NCBI GenBank assembly: GCA_002633005.1
Contig: NMRA01000663.1
Location: forward strand, 27,391-91,390
Reading direction: 5' to 3'
Origin: Phoronis australis
Lineage: Eukaryota; Animalia; Phoronida
DNA: 64,000 bases
Part shown: piece after piece, positions 39,201 to 48,675 of the stretch
How the letters are laid out: every line of letters begins with the position of its first letter
Numbering within the stretch: the stretch's first letter is position 1
The notes under the pieces: model-generated
Seen by the model: only the letters and a program-made list of their open reading frames with translations
Told to the model about the DNA's origin: nothing
Databases searched by the model: none
Program-made: the position numbers and the translations under genes

Positions 39201-41525
39201 CATTTCCCGGCTTACTGGTATAATTCAGGGGTGGATCCAGGAGTTTGAGTAAGGGGGTCCAAGGCAGAGTATTAGCCAGGATTTTGCCCGTCAAACCTTC
39301 GGACCCCCGAACTGCCAAATGGAATCTGGGAGAATTTTGGGGGAGCATGGTCCCCTTGGTCCCTTCTAAATCCGCCATTGTAATTTCTTACGTCAACATA
39401 TTGTGAACATTTTATCTGGATTTTGAACACCTAACATTTTTAGCGTTTTGGCTTCTACACAAAAAACTACAACTGCTAAATTTTTTTCTTCTATGATGCT
39501 CATTGATATAAGAAAAAAATTGAAATAAGTGAAATGTTGGAACATTTCAGTTATTTCAACTCAGACAAGGTCACATAAGAGTGGGCATTAATTATGTGCA
39601 CTTCTCAAAATTTTGAGCACATTTCGTTATGCACCAAGAGAGTATGAGTAAAGACCATGCAGCTCATGAAATCGTCAAAAGTAGCTACCAAAAAGCAACA
39701 TTTTCATGCGTCACCATAGTGAGAAACTTTGAGGTGAATGATTGTATCGTTCTTCACGAGTGTTCGTAGCACCAGTAAAACAACATTATAAGTACAGCCT
39801 TACCCAGTTAGTTGATATCTGACTGGACAAGAAAGATGCACACTTTTTACGTCATTCGGCCTATCTATCTGTCCGTTTGTCTGTTAGTCTGCCTTAACTC
39901 ACCTCAGCTTCTTGGATATAGTCGACAACAAAATTGTACTTGGCATCTTCTTGTACAGCCTAGGGAAAAGCAGCAAATGTTTTTGCAATGGTGATTTTAG
40001 TCATATCAAACTGGCCTGACATCAAATACAAACAGGAAATATTTAAACAATTAATCCCCTTAATAATCTGCGCTAGTAGTCACTGCAGTACATAAAATCA
40101 TAAGTTTTATAAACAAGAGCAACACGGAAAGTTGCAATGCGCCCATGAATGCACCGCAAACCGTGCAGGGTGCTTCTAGTGTTGTCTATTTCTATCACAA
40201 AATGGCCACTAGATGTCGTAAAAACGTCCAATCCATCCGAAAGCAGGAACAAGCTATCGGTTTTTAATAGAAAGCTATTAACCATAATTTCATAAAAATC
40301 TTTCAAGGAACTTCACATAAACAAAAGAAAACAGAAAAATGAAATTGCCACCAGGGAGCACGACGTTCGCTCAGGATCCGTCTAAAAGTCGTCGTCGTCT
40401 TTTTTTTAGCTTTATACAAAATTAATGAAATTACCAACGTTAATAAAGATCCTGCAATGGGCTTAAGAGATACAGCTATGGGCGTTTCATTTGCCCCACC
40501 TAGGGAAATACCAAGTCTTCACTGGTTGCTGACGCTTCAACAGTGCACATACCTTTGCCTGGTAAGCCTGCAGACATTCAGTAGGCTTCAATTCACCACT
40601 CTGCAGATGGTTTCTCAACTGAGAGAGGCTGAGCGATGTAATTTTGTTTACATTATCCTAAGAACAATAAAATGAAAACCAAAATCACAATCAACTATTA
40701 GTAAGTACTTATTAAAGACACAACACAAAATCAGCGAGATTGGGTTATTTAGACATAAAGTTGAAACAGTTTATAAAAAATCACACAATGCCTTATTAAA
40801 CACTTCTAATGTAACACTATAGATATAATAACATCCAAACTGCTCAAACAATGCGTATATTTATCATTAGTTATGAAGAACAATGGGACCCTAAATGAAA
40901 ATATGAAGCTACAGCGACTCGCAGAATAGGTTAAAAATCAACTTTTACGATAATTGCAAGTACTACTAATTTCTGTTGAACTCTCAAACACTACAGATGT
41001 CAAATACACCACCGTGGAAGAATATTTGAAGGAACATTTCCAGGAATAGACATGGTTGAGCTACATGTAGGTTATGGAAGGATTGACTAGAAGACATACC
41101 GTCAATTTGGGTGGTTATTTTGCCCTTCCGGGTCTCCTTTTCAATGAGTATATGAAATAAGCAGTAAAAGTGGTGTTGTTTAGGGTTTTTCATCATTTGG
41201 CATGGTCTTGGATTACCATTTTCCAGGTTCCTCAGGTAAACTGTATTCTAAAAGTGCGTTTACACTCCCTTCTCATTTATGGAGAAGACGTACAACTCCT
41301 AGAGCTCACGTTATTTTCCAGACTTTCCACGCGCTCCTTCATCTTTTGCTTGCCCTCTTTAACTTCCTTAATGCGTTTCAGTCGCTTCTGCCGCACACTG
41401 AGGTATCTGACCAGGCTACGCACGGCCAAGGTGGTGGTGACAGTGACGAGTACGACTAGCAGATTACGAGGCGTGAGAAGCTCAACCATCACCTCTAATA
41501 ATTCTTCAGCAGACATCTCGGACAT
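24176..41525 (-). CDS. FAAH: Fatty-acid amide hydrolase 1-like (amidase signature family), paralog A; complete 16-exon gene, 583 aa
   Basis: Sixteen GT-AG exons sum to 1752 nt in one frame. N-terminal hydrophobic helix; catalytic Lys in GIPVSVKD, GGSSGGE, nucleophile in GSDIAGSCR; KTNVPQ, GPLARDVD, GLPVSVQV. Exon sizes 134/207/41/125/98/100/40/109 match my recollection of vertebrate FAAH. Confidence 0.95.
24637..24776 (-). CDS. FAAH: FAAH-A exon 15 (LFPICTIYNLLNF...FVKN)
   Basis: 140 nt, phase 1/0. Confidence 0.92.
25640..25863. repeat. Dispersed repeat, second copy at ~43895-44132
   Basis: Shared gattgggcaact...atcaaagaca...ctagataatgagaccatca...gacaatagtatttttaaat...catgaaaagt; lies in a ~1.25-kb indel present only in FAAH-A intron 14. 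Confidence 0.65.
26361..26469 (-). CDS. FAAH: FAAH-A exon 14 (KWRK...LDAVISP...DSAL)
   Basis: 109 nt, phase 0/1. Confidence 0.9.
27072..27111 (-). CDS. FAAH: FAAH-A exon 13 (SLKDEIDYTVECE)
   Basis: 40 nt, phase 2/0. Confidence 0.88.
27828..28067. mobile_element. CATGCGCGCACCC-family MITE with 5-bp TSD
   Basis: TIRs tatgcgcgcaccc / gggtgcgcgcatg; TSD CAGAT at 27823-27 and 28068-72; empty site in paralog B (~57290). Confidence 0.8.
28709..28752 (-). CDS. FAAH: FAAH-A exon 12 (SPFTSIVLRGMCGL)
   Basis: 44 nt, phase 0/2; conserved in paralog B. Confidence 0.87.
29757..29856 (-). CDS. FAAH: FAAH-A exon 11 (RGDSV...LLAYLLKPL)
   Basis: 100 nt, phase 2/0. Confidence 0.9.
29884..30050 (+). mobile_element. 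3' fragment of Helentron/DINE-like element, family 1 (shared with ~58517-58690)
   Basis: Matches 61900-62075; contains CCACTAGGGGGC at 29890. Confidence 0.55.
31275..31680 (+). mobile_element. Internal fragment of Helentron/DINE-like element, family 1 (shared with ~59790-60190)
   Basis: ~140-bp subrepeats beginning aaattgccact...ggc. Confidence 0.55.
31814..32121 (+). mobile_element. Helentron/DINE-like non-autonomous element, family 2 (paralogous copy 60284-60591)
   Basis: 5' AACAAG plus inverted GTCAC..GTGAC; 3' cagacgtacgg, GTGAC repeat and terminal hairpin gtcccc...ggggac. Confidence 0.6.
32144..32241 (-). CDS. FAAH: FAAH-A exon 10 (VVPWQP...DFMFQGLSPNQSQEVLDY)
   Basis: 98 nt, phase 0/2. 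Confidence 0.9.
32615..32743 (-). CDS. FAAH: FAAH-A exon 9 (VYNSTRPLRIGFF...LEKLGHE)
   Basis: 129 nt, phase 0/0. Confidence 0.92.
33792..33838. repeat. (TG)n/(TGCG)n microsatellite
   Basis: Directly visible. Confidence 0.9.
33891..34015 (-). CDS. FAAH: FAAH-A exon 8 (QGSIGPLARDVD...PPLPFNNE)
   Basis: 125 nt, phase 1/0. Confidence 0.93.
34659..34699 (-). CDS. FAAH: FAAH-A exon 7 (KKGMMPFCAGNLA)
   Basis: 41 nt, gcAG/GTGAGT, phase 2/1 fits both neighbours. Confidence 0.85.
36541..36765. mobile_element. CAGGGCTTG-type MITE fragment (fuller copy ~49814-50061)
   Basis: Both start cagggcttgg and share the gaataaagtcaaaa...aagaggaaa repeats; the second copy ends ttcaagccctg. Confidence 0.55.
36812..37018 (-). 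CDS. FAAH: FAAH-A exon 6 (amidase signature GGSSGGE...GSDIAGSCR...CGFKPS)
   Basis: 207 nt, phase 2/2; inside ORF 36724-37038. Confidence 0.95.
37678..37811 (-). CDS. FAAH: FAAH-A exon 5 (GYETCCG...KTNVPQTLM)
   Basis: 134 nt, phase 0/2. Confidence 0.93.
38215..38301 (-). CDS. FAAH: FAAH-A exon 4 (...LYGIPVSVKDHYNVK; catalytic Lys)
   Basis: 87 nt, AG/GTAAGT. Confidence 0.92.
39226..39380. mobile_element. CAGGGG(C/T)GGATCC-type MITE with 5-bp TSD
   Basis: TIRs caggggtggat / atccgccattg; TSD TAATT at 39221-25 and 39381-85. Confidence 0.75.
39903..39959 (-). CDS. FAAH: FAAH-A exon 3 (AVQEDAKYNFVVDYIQEAE)
   Basis: 57 nt, AG/GTGAGT. Confidence 0.88.
40112..40482 (+). mobile_element. 5' part of Helentron/DINE-like element, family 1
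   Basis: AACAAGAGCAAC...GTTGCAATGCGCCC start, collinear with 61274-61645. Confidence 0.6.
40553..40657 (-). CDS. FAAH: FAAH-A exon 2 (DNVNKITSLSLSQL...QAYQAK)
   Basis: AG/GT-bounded, 105 nt, phase 0/0. Confidence 0.9.
41310..41525 (-). CDS. FAAH: FAAH-A exon 1 (MSEMS...SLENN; transmembrane helix)
   Basis: ATG at 41525, donor GTGAGC; an acceptor ttttttAG at 41547-46 suggests a further upstream exon. Confidence 0.85.
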
Positions 41526-44329
41526 CACAGTATTGTCACGACAAACTAAAAAAATGAAGACTCAAATTATATTCCAGACCTTAGTATAGCATAAATCGCA
41601 CCAACTTCGGACAAAAATAATCGTCAAAATTGCTCGTTTTTCAGTTTTCAATGGTTTCTAACCTTGTAACATAAAATTTTTCAAAATATCATCTGATGGT
41701 AGCTATGATATAGAACCAGAAAATGGTAAAGCATTGATATGGCGTTACCAATCTTTTCTGAAAAATAAGAAAATTTCACTTGTCCACAAAACCTACGTCG
41801 TCAATTTTCCGTACAATTACACATGCATTATTAAAACAAAAAACCGGTAACCACATTCATGTAATGTGTATAGCTTAAACCCCAAAAAGTTAAACTTTTT
41901 TCCATGGTGATTAATTCATAAATCATGCGCAAGAATGAATAACGAGCAAGACGGTTGGATGTGTTTTAGAAAGTTACTTTAGGTGCCCTGAGCAACATTG
42001 ACGTGAATCTTGATCAACAGGAAACAAATATAAGTGAATAGAATCTGAATAATCACTGAATACTCTCAATAATATTAAAACTATCAATATTTAAAGGATA
42101 TACAGGATTTTTGGATGTTTCAGCATGTTTGGTAAGAAAGCCCCTTTTCCCGAAACCGGGAGTGACGCCACTTCATTACTTTTCTGAATTCTCCATATTT
42201 TTGAGAGTTTGCTGCTGAATATCATTATCTTTGGTGTTGCTATGACAACCGCACACTTTCAGGCACAGCAATGTTATTTATGTGTGTTTATGTTTCCTTG
42301 TGTGCGGTTAAGAGTTCATGTGATGCTTGTATGTGTTTTGATCTTAGTTGGGAAAAAGAATAATTCATATAACCTCAAAGGTTTTCTTAAATAAATGACG
42401 AAATACTCTAAAAAAGACTAGGTTTCTGGTTTTAACTCAATTTGAAATCATTTATTACGCAAATTTCATTTTTAGAATTGTTTTAAAATATTTTGGAACA
42501 AAAGAAATATTTTCACTCAACCATAGTAATTCTTAAAATGTTTTGTCATTTTCAAAGTGTTTTGGTGTCATGCCATGTTGTTAACCTACTTGTAAAGCTA
42601 TGGAATCCCAAATATAGTTGTTTGAACTTGCCATTTTTGTGGCCTGAAATTTTTGGGTGCTGCTTGCTGATAAGTCTATTTTCGAGACTCTAAAAATTAA
42701 ATAACTCGAGAGCCGCCTAACTGATTTGAAAAATTCAGAATTTTTTATAAATGGCATGTCTAAAGCTATTCAATAGTTTCTGATGAAATTTGTATCTTGC
42801 TTTGCTCCGACAGCTCTATTTTGTAAAACATAGTATGCAAAGGGTGTTTTTGTATTACTTTATCAGAAATGTAGACAACCTTTTATGTATTGTTGTTATG
42901 TTTTTTCCTGTTTGTCATTGTAAAAATCAATTCCACTGTATGTTTGTGTTGCCAATTTTCCTTTAACAATTGTAAAGTAAGGCAGGGGAATCCCAGACCA
43001 CTGTTACTTGCTCATTGAAACTGGGAAAATAAAAAAATGAAAAGTGTCTATTTTGTGGACTTTGTGCTGTGCTATCTGATAACCACTAAAAATACGGCTG
43101 ACGAACACCTTTCATACTCGAGTCCTTCCCTCTAATGTTCTCTGATGTCAAATTCTGAGTGTGGAATTTTGTTTCTTAAAAAACTACATTCCTTTCGCTG
43201 TGTATAAAGTACAAAAACTTAATTTATAAAGAATGTAGAATACAAGTTTCTTTGCAAACATTGAATATCTGTAGGCATCACAAAATACAAAAGAAAATAA
43301 CAGTGCTGACTGGTCCTTCCAAATTTTAACTTCTTCAATTCAACCGCAGATTATCTCTCCACTACTCAATATTGGAACTGATTCTATTATGGTGAATATT
43401 CACGCTCAGTCCAATAATGAAAATTAGCTCAGGTTTTTTGTTTAAGTGTTAAGGCCCTTTAATTCTGTGCTCAAGTATCTAGATACTTCATAGTACACAC
43501 GCATCTCAATGAACATGGTTCATCAACAAGATGGCGGACCACTCCGCTCAACGAAAACCACGTGATGTCAACTCTAGTTATATTTATTTCATTGGGTGTT
43601 ACTGCAGACTGCCATGTTATGTCATTTTGACTTTCGCGTACGCGTGTTTCCCGCCTTGTAAGTAGACTTGCTACTGTGTCAGCTGTTTCTTTCTCTGACT
43701 ATTTATTCTCGTACCGCCTTTTTCGAATGCCATTCCACAAACGTTTATGATGGAGGAACGTCTACTGCACATAGTTATTTTCAACGGAGTTTTGGTTGGA
43801 CTAGGGCGATATCGGCTTTACCCACTACTTATACTGCTGAAATAAAAGTGTAAAGCCCCCGAGCCTGTTTTGTTTTGCTCCTGAACACTAGGTAACCGGT
43901 CGAGATTGGGCAACTACACTGGTTTGAGCACCAAAGAATCCTCCAGTTCAGATCAAAGACATCATGCTGTGGTGGTTAATTAAATCTTAAATCACCACAG
44001 GCTGCTGATGTTGCCGTTCGCTAGATAATGAGACCATCATAAACCCATTGGGGGCAACAATAGTATTTTTAAATTTTCATGTTGAAAGTTTGTAAACAGC
44101 ATAACATTTGAATAGTTCATGAAAAGTACAAACTCGAAAATAGTAATATTTTATTTAATTTTATACAATATTTATTCAAATGTGTTCCATTTTACTGGGT
44201 GAGAAAAATCTGATACAGCAGGAAGGGTTCGACCACAAACCTATGCCAAAAAACATTCAAAAAGCGTAAAACAGCCACCAGTATGAACATGATGGGGACT
44301 AGTATACAGGTTGTAGAACTAGTTGATGA

Positions 44330-45790
44330 CCTGAATCTACAAACATTCATGATGTTATAAGTGATATCGTTGCTGACAACACCTGTATTTATTCTGAAAT
44401 TGAAGATAAGAACGATGTTTTAAATGATGAGAAGAGGAGCAGTACATTCGTTAATGACAAAGAATGTGAAAAAGAAGAAGTACTACTGGAAGAGGATTCA
44501 GGTAGAGACCAGCCTCCCGTTCAGTATCGCTAGGACCTCGCTAAAAAGCAAGACTTCGCGAGATTACGTGAGATATTGCCGTGTATTTTAAATGAGAACA
44601 CGTGACTTTGACTAGGTTTTAGCTAGGTCCTAGCGTAGGTCCTAGCGTCTACTGAACGCAAGCCAGGAGTATGGGTGTTTTCATGATAACACTATATATC
44701 CTGGTCATGCAATGTCTGTTAAAGTTAGCATGATTTTAATTCTTATGTATGTGGTTTGTCACTCAGTGACTGGAGCAGTTCTTCTCATCCTAATAGGTGC
44801 TCACTGTTTGAGTTCTCACCCAGGGCTCCAGAGCATTTATAAGTGTAAGAAGTTCTTTCCAGATTTACATTCCCCTATTGTAAAACATTACCTTGGTAAA
44901 ACTCGTATGTCTATTGTAAGTGAAACTGGTGAAAAATGATACAATTGTGACTCAGACTTGTGTTCAACGAAGGTAAATGAGTACTTTGTTGATGTCTCAA
45001 TGGAAGAACAACTTGAAAAAATTATGAAAAGACCCAATGTTCTAGAAGCCATAAAATCACGTTTTTCACGCAAAAAGGAAAGTTGTAATAACTTGGAATA
45101 TATTTACGATGGTTCAGTTCATAGAAATCTCTCGTCACCTAATGGTCCATTATCACCAGATCACCCCCACAAAATGTTTCTTCCACTCGGAATACTGATG
45201 GGGTTCCAGTATTCAAGAGCTCTAAGTTTTGACTATAGCCATTTTATTTGGTAATTAACGAATTGCCGTACATTCAACGAATGCAAAAAGAAAACTTGAT
45301 TTCATGTGGTCTGTGGTTTGGTGAAACAATACCCTTCATGAGTACTTTCACCAAGCCTTTAATGACAACTTTGAAAACTCTTGAAACACATGGCATTCAA
45401 TAATTATTAGGTGGTGTTCAATATTTCACTAAATCTTTTCTTATCTGTGAAACTGCTGATCTTCCTGCAAAAAGTTTTGAATTTCAATCAGTTCAATGGA
45501 TAATTCAGTTGTCCTACTTGTCTTCACATGGAAATACATACTCTACTGCAGCTAGTGCCGGGAGTATTCATGTTTTTCCGCATAATGCTTCAGAACCCCA
45601 GCCACCAGCGAGAACATCAGAGGTGTGTTACCAAGATGCTTTCACCTCTTTTAACAACAAAACCATTAAACATGGAATTAAATGACCATGATTACTTATG
45701 GTCTTGCATGCCTATGATAGATTACATGCATGGGGTTCTCCTTGGAATCACCAAACTTCTTCTTAAGCTTTGGATAAGTGCATGGTAATT
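44330..45790 (+). pseudogene. Decayed CACTA/EnSpm (CMC) transposase
   Basis: Across frameshifts and stops: IYPGHAMSV...HCL...SIYKCKKFF, YIYDGSV, NTDGVPVFKSSKF*L*PFYLVINELP...CGLWFGE, TADLPAK, LNFNQFNG*FSCPTC, IDYMHGVLLGITKLLLKLW, motifs typical of animal EnSpm transposases. Possible right end with gctgcgaac sub-terminal repeats at ~45930-46108. Confidence 0.85.
44513..44663. mobile_element. 151-bp Harbinger/PIF-type MITE inserted in the CACTA relic
   Basis: Imperfect TIRs (cgttcagta..cgctaggacct / aggtcctagcg..tactgaacg); CAG TSD at 44510-12 and 44664-66 (CWG is a Harbinger TSD). Confidence 0.8.
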
Positions 45791-46431
45791 ATCTGTTCTT
45801 TTCGTAGTCTTTCTGGCAGCACAAACATACATTTCATCCAAGTTCATTCAAAGATATTCAGCGAACATCGAAAGACTTGACACTTGAAACTTTCTGTAAA
45901 CACGTGATCAATTTCTATCTGTCCCTCGATCTTCTGCGAACATCCCGGTTTCTGCTAGTTCGCGGAAAGCACTCGCACGAATGTTCGCAGCAATGTTAGC
46001 GGCTTGCTGCGAACACCTACGATCTTTCAGTGAAAGTAATTGCTGCGAACAAATTTGTTTGCCGCAATCTTGCTGCAAGCTTGCCGTAAACATTTCATTT
46101 TGGTAAGGAAAGCGCTTTTAATATCACTAAAATGATGAAAAAGTACAAAGAAAGTTCAGCAAGCTTCGCATTTTTTCATTGCCAGCTTTTTACCCCGACA
46201 CATGCATTTCTAGTTGTGTTTTAACCTTCAGATTTCAATCATTAGTGTTGACTGAAGTTAGGTCTAATCATTGCATGCATGCCTTTAAATCAAAATGCTA
46301 CCTAGCTCATGGAAACAACACAAACTTTGACAAAAAAAAGAAATTGTTGGTCACTTAAGCAAAAGACATTGAAAGAAATTGATACAACTTCAGATCAGAA
46401 CAGTTCCTTATCCAAACAACCTTCCCCTCAC

Positions 46432-47475
46432 CTTCACAGCGCCAGGATGGTCTAGGTCAATGAGATAACCTCATTGGTCGAGGTCATATTCAAGCACACT
46501 GCACTCTCGTACTGCTCGAGCGACTGGTAAGAGTGTGGTGTATTCAAAATGTGACAGGGGAGATGATAAATGCCGGACAGGTTTCGTTGTAAATAATGAA
46601 ACAAAACAGTTGATAATCTTTAAACAGTAATTTGCAATCAGGTGTCTACTTAGGTGTTTTTATGGTGTGAACATTTTTGACGTACTTGTAATAGACTTAC
46701 TCAACCCCCGTCATATGTTTCCCGTGCCTTAGAACGTTCTAAGTTGATCAGCGAAAACCTTTCAGCTCTGGTTTGTATTCTAACCTGGTTTCAGGGTCTC
46801 ACACGCCGACGTCACGGATAGCGTGTGAAGGCTCAGGTGCAGCGCACGTCTGTTTTCATTGGTTGGCAGCTGGCAATTTTTAACCAGGAAGTTGGCGTGC
46901 GCATCGCAAACGGCGTGCTATGAACGGTGGACCGAATTTTTGCCGACAACATCCAACTTGACATCGGCATTCTTACAATTGTCTCCCAACTTGAGAATAG
47001 ATGGTTTTGGTGGAAGAATGAGTTTGTGACAATCCTGAAAATTATGTAAATTTCAAAGTTGCAAGCGTTTGACAATCCAGTCGACATCTTTTTAGAAATA
47101 TTGGTTTTCATCAACAGACCTAACACTCCCGTCCAAATACACGGAAATGCACGTGAACCGTTTTGTTTACTCTACCTAATGCGTATGATGATTGAGGGAT
47201 ATTACGCACTTTTTACAAGAATTCTGGTAGTGCAGAAGTTAATGTTGTATCAACTTCAAAACATCGAATTCAGACAGACAATGCGGACCGGGGTATTTAA
47301 GGATACTCTGCAAGACGTTAGACTGGTTATCAAGAAATAAAAATGCAACTGGCTTCAGAAAAACGCTTTACTTGGACTGTCCACAGTACCTCGTGAGAAA
47401 AGTCTACATCTATCTTGGACTTCTGGGACTTAGTCAACGTTGACATCACAAGTATTGAGAAAATATTTCCCGATA
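46432..47475 (-). pseudogene. Three-exon pseudogene fragment of an unidentified protein
   Basis: Exons 47475-47390, 47034-46785 and 46586-46432 are phase-compatible and give ~160 codons with two stops; the third acceptor reads AA instead of AG. Confidence 0.5.
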
Positions 47476-48420
47476 CTGTTTCAAACACATCTGTGTAGTT
47501 ATCATGTTGTTTTCACTACAGTGCAATACGGTTGACGTGCATGTGTAAAAATAAGGTGCACACTAGGGTATTATGGAGAACGCGTGGTTCCGTTATGTTT
47601 GTTGCAGTTTGTACATGCCACCTGTTTAGATTTTAAGGTGTGGAGAACACTAGGCATTTTAAAAATCAAAAGTTGTTTTTTGTGGTGAAACCTGGGTTTG
47701 AAGTCGCTTTAAATAAACGTCTTTTTGTGGTTCTAGGGTAATACGCACACCGAGACTATGAGCAAAATTAGCTTCTTTCACCTTTGCTCGTCATAATTGT
47801 CAGATAGCATGCATTGAAAAACCTCATCATACCTAGATTAACAAGTGCTTTGGTAGACGGACTGAGCTATTTTTAATTAACTTATTGTCGGGTCATTTGA
47901 TTGATTTTTTATTTTGTTCTTTTTGATGATGCAATTGTGAGAAGGCCATGAAACTGGTTGGAAATATAGTATGAAATCGAAACGTTGCGTATTCATTTTG
48001 AGTCTGTAAATGTTTTATGAACTGAACGAGTGGTTTTGTGTGCATTATTCGCACGTACTCAGTGAGTCTATTTCCGTGCTCGACGTTTAGGGCAACCGTT
48101 AGGAAAAAAGGACAGGGTTGTAAGAGCAGGAAAAGTCATTCGTTTGACCAAATTTCGAATTCTGGGGCCCGTTCTATGAAAGGTTGTGCGTCCGGTCGTA
48201 ACTAAGACGATTGTAAGCATGTTGTTGCGAATACGAGAGAGAGCGAGACGTTGCAACTCACATTTTTTTATATTCAACCACCTTCACGAGCCGCGCCAAG
48301 TGAACTGTGCCGTTGCAAATTCCTAAAAACCGAAGCTAGAACCATCTTAGTTAAGATCGAACTTGTGACCTTTAGCTAGTAAATTGAGGATATCTAACAG
48401 TAGGCCTACTGTACGGACGA

Positions 48421-48675
48421 CATGCGCGCACCCACCCTAAAAATTGGGGGGTTCGAGTTTTTGATAATGTGGACCTTTTCCTAAAATTCACGGGGTACGT
48501 TCAGAGTTATGAATTGTGCATTCGCCAAATTTTGTTAGTTTCTGCCATTTTAGTGGACTTTTGTCCCGTTTTCTACTTGTTTTGTAGTTTTTGTCTCTCT
48601 GAGGCGCACCTTTTTACCCACTTCGCCAAATAAGGGATCGAATCCCCCGAACCCCCCACCCCCCGTGTGCGCATG
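48421..48675. mobile_element. CATGCGCGCACCC-family MITE
   Basis: TIRs catgcgcgcac / gtgtgcgcatg; flanks gacga/tacga; empty site ggacgaaacac at ~21388 in unit A. Confidence 0.75.

Noticed and set aside
42236-42249. RFX X-box-like GTTGCTATGACAAC upstream of FAAH-A
   Set aside because: Sits in AT-rich repeat-like DNA probably within a 5'UTR intron; single motif with no other support.
46918-46920. Stop-codon recoding or selenocysteine in the hidden fragment
   Set aside because: Two different stops plus a broken acceptor are more simply explained by pseudogene decay; no SECIS seen.
46833-47340. ORF-track ORFs of 97 aa (-) and 93 aa (+)
   Set aside because: No coding signature; a different minus-strand frame bounded by splice sites explains the region better.
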